Positions 28,043 to 38,359 of a stretch of DNA of 64,000 nucleotides are shown piece by piece. The DNA lies in the IMG/VR virus record IMGVR_UViG_3300019703_000001, positions 1-64,000 of that record; one strand, given 5' to 3'. The DNA comes from a virus (Duplodnaviria > Caudoviricetes). The stretch's first letter is position 1. Each line of letters opens with the position of its first letter. The notes beneath the pieces were generated by a model. The model made no database searches and was not told the DNA's origin. It saw only the letters and a list, made by a program, of their open reading frames with translations. The position numbers and the translations under genes are program-made.

Positions 28043-28888
28043 TTAAAATAAAACAGTCGGATTTTGTGCCGATGTCATGTCCGCAATTGATGGAATCGCC
28101 GTTGAAACTGTGGGGGATATTATTCCAGGCACTGCGCTTGCTCCCACGGTAGCCGTTGTAATATGAATATGTGTATTATATGCAGTTACCAAATTATTCA
28201 AATCAGTCCTGAGCGTGTCAAATGCGGTCTTCATTGCTGTATATTTAATTGCAAAGTCTGTACTCCCGTTTAACTGTATGTTTGTAGTTCCGGTTATTTT
28301 GACAACCGTGCTTTCAATTTCCGCTGCTGCAATAGATTTTAATGAAATCCGAGTGCTGCTTTCCATTTCTAAATCCGTAATGGATTTAATGGTTACACTT
28401 CCCGGCAATTTGGTTGAAGGGGCGACACCGGTATTAAGGCTTATATATGAGCCTGAAAAATGGCCCATTAAGACATCAGTAGAATGAAATAAATTTTTAG
28501 TCAGCGGAGTTGTAAATTTTTCTTCAAAAAGAGTATTGCCCCGGCCCTGATAAGGATACCGGTTTACGACAAAAGGAGTGCTCTGGTTACCATTTTCAAA
28601 TCCAACAACCACCTGTTGACCGGGTATAGGCCCCTCATAGGCCCCGTGTAAATTGCCTGAAACAGGATCAAAAAACGCCCCTGGATAGGCCACACTTGTT
28701 ATTGATCCACCTCTTGACGGCTTGACAGTAACCATGTTTTGACGAAAAAGGGGCTCAGGCTGAGTTAGGGATATTTCACCACTAATCATTTGTAAAGAAT
28801 CATAAGAACCGCTTCTGAATTTATTATTATCAGCATTTCGGGTGTGGGTATCCATACCCCTGTTTTTATTGTATTTTCGTTGTCTCAT
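28043..28888 (-). CDS. baseplate central spike (gpV/gp45-like)
   Basis: OB-like GPIPGQQVVVGF, beta-helix region, YNTHIH tip motif. Confidence 0.8.
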   Translation of the reverse strand: MRQRKYNKNRGMDTHTRNADNNKFRSGSYDSLQMISGEISLTQPEPLFRQNMVTVKPSRGGSITSVAYPGAFFDPVSGNLHGAYEGPIPGQQVVVGFENGNQSTPFVVNRYPYQGRGNTLFEEKFTTPLTKNLFHSTDVLMGHFSGSYISLNTGVAPSTKLPGSVTIKSITDLEMESSTRISLKSIAAAEIESTVVKITGTTNIQLNGSTDFAIKYTAMKTAFDTLRTDLNNLVTAYNTHIHITTATVGASAVPGIISPTVSTAIPSIADMTSAQNPTVLF

Positions 28889-30642
28889 ATTAAGCTTATT
28901 GCATCCCTTGCAGCCTTTAAAATTTTATATTCACCGTCTGCCAATCCGGACTCAGGAGGCAATATTTCAAAGTCAAATAGTAAAAGGGCCGATTGTGCCA
29001 AAGTCGCCGGTAATGGCACACCTCGAATCAAATTTAATGTTGTTGTTGCCGTAACCGCTTTATCCTCAATACTTCGGTCCTGAGATAACGAGTCAATATA
29101 ATAAATTCCTATGTCTCTTAGGTTTTCAACTTTTTTCCCGGATAGTGACGGTAAATATAAACAGTACATCCCCGGACGTGCCCACGGTTTTTGTTTAGCA
29201 AGGACCACCGTTCCCTCCCGGAACCGGGATTGATTGCGGAACCATACAGCAAGTAAATTACTTAATGCATTTTTAGCCATTATTTGTGTAGGCAGTCCAA
29301 GTTTATTTTTTGCAATTCTTTCGGAGTAACTTAAAGCCGTTCCAAGACCTGTTAGACTCGTGCAGTCAATTGACTGAAACATTTCTCTGATTCCAAAAGT
29401 GCCGATCCCCCCGCTTGCAAAGGGGTTAAGAGGCCCTACACTCTTAATGCCCTTGTCGGTTAAATCCTGCGCCCCTGACATTCCCTTACTTGCATAACGG
29501 GTATGGAACACGGTTGACTGGTTGCTTGAGTCATATCCTAACTGCTTATCGGATATATCATCGTCGGTAATTATAACAAAATCCCCGCCTAAAAGCATTT
29601 GTATTGCGGTCAAATCAAAGGCCAGAATTGACGGCAGATGAACAGGATTGACAGTCCCTATCAAAGGGTTTGAGTAAGGGACTGATCGGGCTATGAGGTA
29701 ATTAAACCCCGGCAACATTACAGTAGGGGCTCCGATTGCTTCCGTTACAATTGTCCGGCCTCCGGACTCGGTGTACATTTCCATCCAAGGATTAGGAATT
29801 AAATTTTTTAAAAAGTCCCAAAACGAGTCACCGCCTGAGAGTTGAAACATGCTTGAATCAAAAATCATATTTCGGGCATAGGAAAGGCTAGCAATTCCGC
29901 CCAAAGGGTTTGGGGCGGTTATAAGTCTTAAAAAAAGCGGGAATCCATCTGATAATGTCATCCTTTGAGCTAAGGTTGTGACCTTGAATGCTTCAATAAG
30001 CATTTGGATTCCTGTGGCAACTGACACACCTTTTATTTGTGATACAAGGTCAAAGGCTGTCTTTATCGCATCAGCAATTTGTTTTTGCATCCCATCAGCG
30101 ACAATTGTGTCTAAAGATAAAATGTTTTGTGTATAAATACTGCCAAGCTCATCAATCACAATATCATAACTGACCATTTTACTTTTGTCATCGACTGACA
30201 TCCCCCGCTTGCATGATCTCACGGTCCCAGTCATGACATGGTACCCGTCAATCCATAATTGACAAAGTGTCATAGGTTTGAAAAGGTCTTCCAAGTCTAC
30301 GCCTAAAGATCCCCAAATTTTACTATATAAATTACCCGTAAACCGGTCTATTATTTTGACAATATCTTTTATTACTGTTGCATCGGGGGTAATACTTACA
30401 GACAAAAAACCGCCGGGGTTGTTGCGGTCTTTTGTCCATGTCATATCTGTTATAATATCCCCTACATCAGATCCTAAAACCTCTATGGGGACAAAGGGCA
30501 GACCGAAGGGGGAAAATAATAATTGAACAGTGTTTGTTTTCTCTGTTGTAGGCTCTGCATAGTCAATAGAGGATTCCACGCCTGCGTTATATACTATCTT
30601 TTTTTTGTATCTTAATGTGTCTAGTGAGATTAAAGATTCCAT
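28885..30642 (-). CDS. baseplate hub protein
   Basis: TWTKDRNNPGG, RPGMYC, YYIDSLSQ, TLNLIRG; follows tape measure. Confidence 0.78.
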   Translation of the reverse strand: MESLISLDTLRYKKKIVYNAGVESSIDYAEPTTEKTNTVQLLFSPFGLPFVPIEVLGSDVGDIITDMTWTKDRNNPGGFLSVSITPDATVIKDIVKIIDRFTGNLYSKIWGSLGVDLEDLFKPMTLCQLWIDGYHVMTGTVRSCKRGMSVDDKSKMVSYDIVIDELGSIYTQNILSLDTIVADGMQKQIADAIKTAFDLVSQIKGVSVATGIQMLIEAFKVTTLAQRMTLSDGFPLFLRLITAPNPLGGIASLSYARNMIFDSSMFQLSGGDSFWDFLKNLIPNPWMEMYTESGGRTIVTEAIGAPTVMLPGFNYLIARSVPYSNPLIGTVNPVHLPSILAFDLTAIQMLLGGDFVIITDDDISDKQLGYDSSNQSTVFHTRYASKGMSGAQDLTDKGIKSVGPLNPFASGGIGTFGIREMFQSIDCTSLTGLGTALSYSERIAKNKLGLPTQIMAKNALSNLLAVWFRNQSRFREGTVVLAKQKPWARPGMYCLYLPSLSGKKVENLRDIGIYYIDSLSQDRSIEDKAVTATTTLNLIRGVPLPATLAQSALLLFDFEILPPESGLADGEYKILKAARDAISLI

Positions 30643-30643
30643 A

Positions 30644-32440
30644 TTATTCCGTTAAGTTTTCAGTTTTTTTCTTTTTAGGTGTACCGCCCATCCATGCAGG
30701 TAGTGTGTCTTTTATGGCTTGACCTATCGCAGTTCCAATATAGCCTCCGACCCCGCCTTCTTTGCTTACTTCTTTTGAAAGCTTGACAAGTTCTCCCATT
30801 CCTTTTGCCAATTCACCGGTAACAGTTCCAAGGGTTTTTATTCCCTCATTTGCGAAGGGCAAGGTCGTTTTTGCCAAATTTATCATTGCTACTTCCATAT
30901 TTTCAGCACTTCTTGCGAAAGAATCGCCATAAGTCATTACCAAATCCTCCCGTCTGATCTGTCTACGACGGGCCATTCCTGCGGCTGATTTTTTTACCCC
31001 TTTTGCCCTTTCGGATATTATTTTACGGCCTACGCCTTCGACGTCTTTAGGCTCTCCCCTGAGCCCTGTCTGCCATACGGCCCGTAATTGTTCAACATTC
31101 CCCGACCATCCCATTTGATCAGCCACAGCAGAAAACCTTTGAAAGCCCTCTGGAGTTGCTCCGTATGTTTTTTGTACCTGCTGAATTGTGCGCCGCATCA
31201 TTGTTGCCGGGTTTGCTTCAAGGGCTTGCTTTTTGAAAAGAGTCAAGGCCCCGGCTCCGCCAATTGTGCGCTGAATATCTTCAAATGTCGCACCCGGTCC
31301 AAGGTTCAACATTTTTTCCCTTTGCGCCTTACTGATCACACCCTCTTTTTGCAATCGGCTTAAATACCGCTCCCTTCCGGTTGTCTCGCCTATTCTTTTA
31401 CCTTCTTTGTCCAAAATATCGACTTTGGATATATCAGTGACCCGCTCCATTAACATCTCTCGGGTTGCTTTTGCTGCAAACATACCCTCAAGGCTTCCAA
31501 GTTTCCCCCGGCCTAATTGAGTTTTGACCCCCTTGAACCCTCTTATTATGTTCATGGCAGCATCTACAGACTTTGTATTTGTTGCAAGGGTTAAGCTTGC
31601 CACTTCCCGGCCCATGTCGTTTGCAATACTTGATGAATTGACACCGTTTTTAACAGCTTCTTCAAGTTGTCCGGCTACTGCCCCCATGAGTGTCGGGAGT
31701 TCGGTTTGAATACCCATTCCCGCCGCCTGTTCTACGGTCCGGGTGTAGCCCCTTTCAGCTCCAGCCCTTTTAAACAGCCCTCTTTGTCCTAGTGCCTGTT
31801 CGGGAGAAAGTCCGAAAATAGTAGTATAATCAAGGGTAGGTTTTAAAGCCACCTGTTCTTTTTTTCGCTCTTTTTTACTCTTTTTTGAAAGGTCTAAAAA
31901 TTCCCCGGTTGCCATAGAGAAAGCTTTCATCCCTGCGCCAAGTTCAGCCCCGGTAAACATGCCACGCCCCCCCCTAAAGCCTCCGACTCCCACAGATTTA
32001 AGCTGCTGACCGGCAAGTTCAATATATGCGTTTCCTATCTGATTTACTTTTTGAATGGTAAAACCAAGGGCTGCAATTCCTGCGCCTATAACGGGAATAC
32101 TTGCGCCCATGCGACCAAATCCTGCCGCACCTCCAAATAGACGGCTTGCACCTCTCGGAGCTCCACGCCTGAGTGGTCCGGGTCTAATAGGCCCACCGCC
32201 CCCTCCACTCTGTGATCGAATTGCATTCTCAAGTTTTCTATTGGAGACAATAAGCTTATCTATACTTGTGGTAAGAGTTTTCATTTGACGGACGGATTGC
32301 TGCGCAACTGTGCCCCGTTGCTGCCCTGCTTTTCCCGGTCCACGTTGTGCGGCTTTCTGCGCTGCTTTTACGGCTTGTTGCCGTACCCCTGCGGCCCTTT
32401 TACCGGTCTGTTCATATTTTACTTTTATGTTATAATCCAT
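30644..32440 (-). CDS. tape measure protein (598 aa)
   Basis: Ala/Gly-rich helical protein after tail chaperones. Confidence 0.8.
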   Translation of the reverse strand: MDYNIKVKYEQTGKRAAGVRQQAVKAAQKAAQRGPGKAGQQRGTVAQQSVRQMKTLTTSIDKLIVSNRKLENAIRSQSGGGGGPIRPGPLRRGAPRGASRLFGGAAGFGRMGASIPVIGAGIAALGFTIQKVNQIGNAYIELAGQQLKSVGVGGFRGGRGMFTGAELGAGMKAFSMATGEFLDLSKKSKKERKKEQVALKPTLDYTTIFGLSPEQALGQRGLFKRAGAERGYTRTVEQAAGMGIQTELPTLMGAVAGQLEEAVKNGVNSSSIANDMGREVASLTLATNTKSVDAAMNIIRGFKGVKTQLGRGKLGSLEGMFAAKATREMLMERVTDISKVDILDKEGKRIGETTGRERYLSRLQKEGVISKAQREKMLNLGPGATFEDIQRTIGGAGALTLFKKQALEANPATMMRRTIQQVQKTYGATPEGFQRFSAVADQMGWSGNVEQLRAVWQTGLRGEPKDVEGVGRKIISERAKGVKKSAAGMARRRQIRREDLVMTYGDSFARSAENMEVAMINLAKTTLPFANEGIKTLGTVTGELAKGMGELVKLSKEVSKEGGVGGYIGTAIGQAIKDTLPAWMGGTPKKKKTENLTE

Positions 32441-32452
32441 AAAAAATTATCC

Positions 32453-32869
32453 TTAAACCGGTCTATTCCCGTTAAGCATATTCAAAACATTCTGTCTTTG
32501 TTTCATTTGCTCATTTATATCGGGATCTGCTGTTTCCGGTTCTGGCTCTTTTGGCTCATCAGTTTCAATCCCGTATTTTTTATTTAGCTTTCTGAGTTCT
32601 TTTTGTTTTGCTTCTTTTAAGCGTTTTTGTTTAATTTCGTCAATCTCTTTGCCCTGAAGTTTAGCAAGGTCAATGTCAGATTTTGAAATTTCAATGTCAT
32701 TTGGACTCATCGAGTTAATTTTTTTAGACTCTACTTCATAGTCAACTTGTACTGACCATTGATCCATATTCGGGATCGCCCCCATGAGGTAAATCAAAAA
32801 GATTTTCTGTTCGCCAAGTAAATCATTTTTATCTACCCCATCGGGCCAAATCCCAAAATGTTTCAGCAT
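32453..32869 (-). CDS. tail assembly chaperone, frameshift extension (GT-like)
   Basis: No SD; frame open upstream to an A9 run in the previous gene. Confidence 0.7.
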   Translation of the reverse strand: MLKHFGIWPDGVDKNDLLGEQKIFLIYLMGAIPNMDQWSVQVDYEVESKKINSMSPNDIEISKSDIDLAKLQGKEIDEIKQKRLKEAKQKELRKLNKKYGIETDEPKEPEPETADPDINEQMKQRQNVLNMLNGNRPV

Positions 32870-32888
32870 GAAGCCGTCAACAAAATAT

Positions 32889-33251
32889 TTACTGTCCGTT
32901 GCTTCCTGTACTAAGTCTATTTTTTTTTAACCGGCTTTTCATGTCGGTTGCAAATTTGTAAATTTCTTTTGAGAGCTCAAAGATTAAGTCCTCATCGTCC
33001 CAATCTTCACAGCTCGATTGTGGAAACCCTTCGGGCCATTTTAAATTGTCTGAGCAGATGTCAACTGTTGCAATGGCATTATACAGATCAAAATCTGATT
33101 GAGTCAAGGCATCGATTGATATACCTCCCTGTAACTGAGCCCTCCTGTTTGAAATTAATATTTGTCTTTTAGGGGATATAAAATCAATTACGAATTTAAG
33201 TCCCTGCACTATTACAGTCTTTTGCCTCTCTTCTGGAGTTAGTAGATTCAT
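32889..33251 (-). CDS. tail assembly chaperone (G-like)
   Basis: Position between tube and tape measure; A9 slippery run near end. Confidence 0.75.
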   Translation of the reverse strand: MNLLTPEERQKTVIVQGLKFVIDFISPKRQILISNRRAQLQGGISIDALTQSDFDLYNAIATVDICSDNLKWPEGFPQSSCEDWDDEDLIFELSKEIYKFATDMKSRLKKNRLSTGSNGQ

Positions 33252-33517
33252 TTTGTCTTTAGTTCCTTTTTTTGTGTTATAGTTTTAATATCAATCGGTC
33301 CATTCAAAACACATACTTCAATGTTTTTGTTTTCAAAAAAAGATTGAAATATAGTTGAAAAATCTTCTGAAAAATCTTCTAATTGTCCAACAGTATAAAC
33401 CTCTTGACTTGATAAAGAAAAAATTAACAATGTTTTATTTTCTTTATCAATTTTAATCTCATAAAGTCTTGTCTTAATTTTAAAAATAAAAAATAGTAAT
33501 GATTTAATTAATTTCAT
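33248..33517 (-). CDS. hypothetical protein
   Basis: GGAGGTG SD; AT-rich. Confidence 0.55.
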   Translation of the reverse strand: MKLIKSLLFFIFKIKTRLYEIKIDKENKTLLIFSLSSQEVYTVGQLEDFSEDFSTIFQSFFENKNIEVCVLNGPIDIKTITQKKELKTK

Positions 33518-33544
33518 GGTGTTTGCACCTTCCTTAATATTTAT

Positions 33545-34003
33545 CTAACTTGTTGCAAGGCCGGGAACGACCATCCGGGCTCTCCAACGCGTCTGCCTGT
33601 TGTTAATTGCACCCTGCGCAATGGTCAAGTCTCCGCCGCCGTATTGAGCACCCATAACGGTCAGCAACACAGTTAACGTGTGTACGTCTAAAATTGTAAA
33701 TGTATACCGACCTGCATTATTTATATTGATAGTCCCGTCCGGCTGCCAACCGGGGAGGGACAAATTACCTGCGACATTTGCACCTCGAAGTAGAAATGTA
33801 CCCATTGTCATATTAGCATCATATCCCAGAGAAAGGATTTCCCTAAAACCGTAATATCCTAAAGTCTGGATACCTTCAAGCATATAGTCCTCTGAAATAG
33901 AGAGGTCTGTGGTATATGCAAGAATTGTGTTATCCTGCATCAAAAAACTATCTATGCCCGATCCTATCGGGCCTTGTGGTTCACCGCCTGTCCTAAAAGC
34001 CAT
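33545..34003 (-). CDS. tail tube protein
   Basis: Directly after sheath; EDYMLEGIQTLG...EILSLGY. Confidence 0.85.
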   Translation of the reverse strand: MAFRTGGEPQGPIGSGIDSFLMQDNTILAYTTDLSISEDYMLEGIQTLGYYGFREILSLGYDANMTMGTFLLRGANVAGNLSLPGWQPDGTININNAGRYTFTILDVHTLTVLLTVMGAQYGGGDLTIAQGAINNRQTRWRARMVVPGLATS

Positions 34004-34016
34004 TTTTTAGACCTCC

Positions 34017-35777
34017 TTATATATTTTGTCCCGGTGTTATAAAAGTCAAGAAATTAAACACAAATCTCGGAGTGGTTGACATTGTCAGTGTGGCTGTAAC
34101 AGTAAAAACCTCTCCCTTTTGTGTAAACGAAACATTATCGAATGCTTTTTGACCATCTGGTCCATCAGTGATCCATCCAAAATCATCTCTATACCTCGGA
34201 AAAAGTATAGTAGTTATCCAGTTTTGAATGGTTGATATTATTACACTGTTAGCGACTGTGTCAAGCTGCCTGATCTGCTGTTCAACTTGCTCCTCAAAGT
34301 CTTTTGTAAGTACGTTTATTTCATAGACAACCGCCGGATTTGTCCGTGTTGGCTGACTGCCTTGAAATGTAGTGTTATTAGACTGGATTTGAAAGTTTGA
34401 AATATTGCTTGAGTTAACTTTTTTAAGCAGATAAGTTCCCCCGGCAATACTATAATCGTCTCGGTCTTGTCTATCCAAGACATCGATTTTAGACACATTC
34501 AAATATTTAAAAAGCAGATCCATTCCAACATTATTTGAATACCTGAACCCTGCAATAAGAGCATAAAGATAATAAGGTTCAAAATATTTACTTTCTACCT
34601 TATTGACATAATCCCGTCTCTCAAATCCCGTAACACAGTATTCAAAATAAGCAGAATTTAAGGCTTTGATCTCTGCAAGTCTTGCGGCCTTTGTAGTTGT
34701 TGCGCTTCCCGCACCTGCTCCGGCCTGCCTGTATTGCTTAACCTGTAAGTCGTTCATGCGCCTTAAATGATCCTCAACTAGTAGTTGAATTGTTGAAGAT
34801 CCTGACATGACAACTATATCATTGAGGTTGAAATCCTCTAATTTTTTAAGCGCATCAGTCCAGTCTTGAGTTGTTGCGGCTGCGACACTTCCGCCTGTAA
34901 AAAACTGATAATCTGTAAGGTTATCCGGGATAAGTCGGGCTGATCCGGTGTGCAATGTGGCAGTTAAATCAGGAATACTATTGATTTGTCTGATTATAGC
35001 CTCTACAATCGCTAACGCTTCATATGCGCTTGTTTTTATATCCTGTGCGGTTACGGCATCAAAAATAGTTGTAAATTCGTCACTTTTGCCGGTTAGTGTA
35101 CAGGTGTATGTGGGTTGGGTGTTTATAAAATTTATTAGACTGCCAAGATCAGAAAAGTCAGCAAGTGTTAATGCTAAATCCTCCCCGGTCGTTCCTGTGA
35201 CTGTTGTTGACAGGGTTGTGGCATCAATTGTCATCGTTGCCGCCGATCCTGCCCCGGTGTATTGTATTTCAAATAGTGACAGGTTGACATCGTCTTTGTC
35301 AAGGATTGAGGCCCCTCTGTATATAATATCAAGTTTTCGGCCCACATTAGTTCCGGAACTTATTTTTATACCTGTGGTATTCCCGTCAACACCCCAAATA
35401 TTGTTTTTTATATCTATAATAGAAGTTGTAGAGTTTTTTAACTCTGTTTTAGCCTGTTCCATTTGGTTAACAATAAGAACACGGGCTACACTGGGAGTCC
35501 CAAAGTCCTCTTTTGTTGGAGTTAAATAAAACTCGGTTCCATAATAAGCATCGCCTCCGCCCAAAATACTTAAAGCCTGATTTTGATCGTTAAAAATATT
35601 TATGCAATCATTTACGTCTTCAAAGGCATCAAAAGGGACACCGCCCCTTGCCGCCTCTCCCATAATGACAGCAATACCCGTGACCGCCCCTGCTCCCTGA
35701 TCAGAGGGAAAGAGTCTTTTTGTGTATACTCCGGGCTCTGCTATTCTGCGCCCAGCAAAATCATATATAACAGCCAT
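34017..35777 (-). CDS. contractile tail sheath protein
   Basis: IAEPGVY, GEAARG, FTGGS...WTDALKKL; 586 aa. Confidence 0.92.
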   Translation of the reverse strand: MAVIYDFAGRRIAEPGVYTKRLFPSDQGAGAVTGIAVIMGEAARGGVPFDAFEDVNDCINIFNDQNQALSILGGGDAYYGTEFYLTPTKEDFGTPSVARVLIVNQMEQAKTELKNSTTSIIDIKNNIWGVDGNTTGIKISSGTNVGRKLDIIYRGASILDKDDVNLSLFEIQYTGAGSAATMTIDATTLSTTVTGTTGEDLALTLADFSDLGSLINFINTQPTYTCTLTGKSDEFTTIFDAVTAQDIKTSAYEALAIVEAIIRQINSIPDLTATLHTGSARLIPDNLTDYQFFTGGSVAAATTQDWTDALKKLEDFNLNDIVVMSGSSTIQLLVEDHLRRMNDLQVKQYRQAGAGAGSATTTKAARLAEIKALNSAYFEYCVTGFERRDYVNKVESKYFEPYYLYALIAGFRYSNNVGMDLLFKYLNVSKIDVLDRQDRDDYSIAGGTYLLKKVNSSNISNFQIQSNNTTFQGSQPTRTNPAVVYEINVLTKDFEEQVEQQIRQLDTVANSVIISTIQNWITTILFPRYRDDFGWITDGPDGQKAFDNVSFTQKGEVFTVTATLTMSTTPRFVFNFLTFITPGQNI

Positions 35778-35780
35778 TTT

Positions 35781-36098
35781 TTATGCCTCCGTTTTTATTT
35801 TTGAATTTGGTTTATTTTCTTTGAGCTTTTCTTTTATCATTTTGTTTTCTTTTGGGTTTTCTTCCTTTATAATGGTTTTTTTAGGGGCATCCTGCCTATC
35901 CTTTTCGGTTTCACCAAAAAAATTGCTGATAATCCCGTCCCACTCTTCTTTTGACTTTTGGTCATTATTCATTTTCTTGTTATCGCCCTGACAGTACCAA
36001 TTGATTATAATGCTGTCAAGATTTTTAGCTGGTGAATGGTTGGCTAAATATAATTTAATGTTCATTGTCGTCTCCCGGTGTTCTAAAGGTAAAATCAT
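35781..36098 (-). CDS. hypothetical Lys-rich protein
   Basis: ORF in operon; true start probably at MNIK (36063). Confidence 0.55.
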   Translation of the reverse strand: MILPLEHRETTMNIKLYLANHSPAKNLDSIIINWYCQGDNKKMNNDQKSKEEWDGIISNFFGETEKDRQDAPKKTIIKEENPKENKMIKEKLKENKPNSKIKTEA

Positions 36099-36828
36099 GT
36101 TCTACGTCTGTTACTCTCGGATCTAATTTGACTACATAATTAACAAATGTATTTAAAAAGGTCAAGGAGAATTCTGTGCCGTGCAGAGTTCTTCCAAATC
36201 TTATATTATTCAGTCCTCTGTGGACCTTAATGGACATTTTTTTTATTGCTGAATTGTCTCCTGGATCTCCGATCTGTATTTCGGTTAAAACAGAGTCAAT
36301 CAAAATTGTCAACAGATTTGTTATATCTGCGCTTTCTGCCCATACTGAAATATTTATTTCTTCATCTCTGTGATATTCTTTTGTCTCAAGGAGCATGCCC
36401 TTTTCAGGGGCTCGCTTGTATGCCGATAAAATCAACTCTATTTGTTTTTTTGTAATTAACCCCTGTTGCTGTATTTCTTTATCTGACAAATCTAAAAGGG
36501 CCTTGAGTTCGTTTATATATTCATCCTCAATTATTTCAGTTTTGGGGCTTTTTGAAAAGGTAAAGCCGTCAGGGGGCATATTGCCGGGAAGTACCGCAAT
36601 GCTCGGCAAAACTCCGGATTCACGATCGGAAGCACTTCGGGTCTGATTATTAACTACTTTTTGAGTCAAGACAACTAAAGGATGTTCTTTTAAAACAGGA
36701 ACAATTTCAACTCGACCATGTGTTAAATTTGGCAGATCCCTGATAATCATTTCATCTTTGATTTTTTGAATAAAAAATTCAATCGATTGAATCGCATAAT
36801 CAGAGTATTTTGTTATTATCTCAGCCAT
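36055..36828 (-). CDS. tail terminator/completion-like protein
   Basis: Upstream of sheath; LPSIAV, EEINISVWAES. Confidence 0.65.
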   Translation of the reverse strand: MAEIITKYSDYAIQSIEFFIQKIKDEMIIRDLPNLTHGRVEIVPVLKEHPLVVLTQKVVNNQTRSASDRESGVLPSIAVLPGNMPPDGFTFSKSPKTEIIEDEYINELKALLDLSDKEIQQQGLITKKQIELILSAYKRAPEKGMLLETKEYHRDEEINISVWAESADITNLLTILIDSVLTEIQIGDPGDNSAIKKMSIKVHRGLNNIRFGRTLHGTEFSLTFLNTFVNYVVKLDPRVTDVEHDFTFRTPGDDNEH

Positions 36829-37994
36829 TAGTTTATCAAGTCCGTAATATTTTTTTTGTCTGTCTTTGTCCAGCTTTTCGCAAGTACCGTTTTAGGGTAT
36901 GCCTTGTTTTCAAGATTATTTGGTTCGGGGTTATCCTCAAAAATAATATATGAAGGCTTATACCCGTACCTGATTGATATTGTTGTGTCTAAGTTGGGCT
37001 TATTGTCTGAGATCCATTTAATATTTCGGTCCTGTAAGATATAGTCAACCCCTATGTTGTATACTGTCCCATCTGATCCCAAAATTACATCATTTAATTC
37101 AAAAATTTCAATTTCAAATAACCGGTCCAAATCCCCTCTATGTGTTAAAGATTCGTTTCTCCAGAGAGTGGACCCGGTTAAAATTATAATATCCCCTATC
37201 GTGACATCCCAAAAGGGGTAAAGAGACATTTTTACTTGACCGGATTGAAGAGCATGTGTCCAGTCCTCTGAGTCGTTTTTATTGGCAATATCCCCCGCTA
37301 TTATTTGTGTCAAATCTGCGTAATAATATTCAGCGTACATTTTATCAGGTTCTATTGTTTCGCTTGTCTGTATTGTACGTCCGTCAAATGTATAATTAGT
37401 GATTTCCTGTTCGGTGTCTATATTCCAAATTTTTACTACTCGGGTAATATCAGCATAAGCGTTTAGAGGGTTACTGCTTTGATAACCTGCGTCAAAAACA
37501 TTTTGATTTGTGTACATCAGGCCGTTGTCTGCGTCAACTGTCAATTTATCTGATTCAACATATGTCCAACCATCAAAATAATATGTAACTCGTTTTTTAA
37601 ATATATCGCTCACTTCTTCTGTCAGGATTATTTCAGTATCAGTAAACGAGTCAACTTCAATGTCACGGATTCCACACTGGCTCTCAGCCCCTACGACCTG
37701 AACTTTTTCAACTCCAAGGATCGGAGTTCTGAAAGGATAAATCTTATCCCCGCAAGAGGGGCTATTTTCATCAGTTACCAAAAAACGCCGTTGTGGTCGA
37801 TAGACATAGCCGTCTCCTTTGCATATTTTACAAAAATAATCAACAGATCCCGAATTGTCCGCCGCACAAGGACAAATCATAGCTTGTTTTATTTTTGACA
37901 GAACGCCGTGGTTTGTAATCAGCTTAATAAAAGATTCAGGATTCCCAAAAACTGTAACCGCCGCCTGTTGTCCTATGTTAGCATTCTGGCCCAT
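36828..37994 (-). CDS. neck/head-closure protein (SPO1/Herelleviridae-like)
   Basis: ICPC...CKICKGDG N-terminal motif; IGDIIIL. Confidence 0.75.
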   Translation of the reverse strand: MGQNANIGQQAAVTVFGNPESFIKLITNHGVLSKIKQAMICPCAADNSGSVDYFCKICKGDGYVYRPQRRFLVTDENSPSCGDKIYPFRTPILGVEKVQVVGAESQCGIRDIEVDSFTDTEIILTEEVSDIFKKRVTYYFDGWTYVESDKLTVDADNGLMYTNQNVFDAGYQSSNPLNAYADITRVVKIWNIDTEQEITNYTFDGRTIQTSETIEPDKMYAEYYYADLTQIIAGDIANKNDSEDWTHALQSGQVKMSLYPFWDVTIGDIIILTGSTLWRNESLTHRGDLDRLFEIEIFELNDVILGSDGTVYNIGVDYILQDRNIKWISDNKPNLDTTISIRYGYKPSYIIFEDNPEPNNLENKAYPKTVLAKSWTKTDKKNITDLIN

Positions 37995-38359
37995 TACTCA
38001 ACGATCCTTACGCCGGTTATATCGGTTTTTGTTGTTATATCATTTATGCCCTTTAAAAAATCGTTAGGGTTAATATTAGCCTTTGTTTCTCTTTGGATAC
38101 GGTTTAAAAATTCTCTGGTCTGAGTTTTTTGATTTTCGATTAATTTCTGTCTGTGGTCGATTAAATTTTCAGGAATAAATGTCTCTTTATTTTTTTGAGT
38201 CTCTGTGACGATAAACTTAACAAGGTCTTGATAACTCGGGACTTGTTTTCCATTTACAAAAAAACAGGTTTGAGGCTGACCGTTTTTCATTTCTTCTATT
38301 GATTCAGCGGTTTCGATCCGGATTTTATTTTTTCCCTGAGAAAATTCTTGTTTTATCAT
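37994..38359 (-). CDS. hypothetical protein
   Basis: Coupled ORF in neck region. Confidence 0.6.
   Translation of the reverse strand: MIKQEFSQGKNKIRIETAESIEEMKNGQPQTCFFVNGKQVPSYQDLVKFIVTETQKNKETFIPENLIDHRQKLIENQKTQTREFLNRIQRETKANINPNDFLKGINDITTKTDITGVRIVE

Noticed and set aside
32918-32929. Canonical -1 frameshift in the tail chaperone
   Set aside because: The -1 frame reads AAA AAA AAA TAG and stops.
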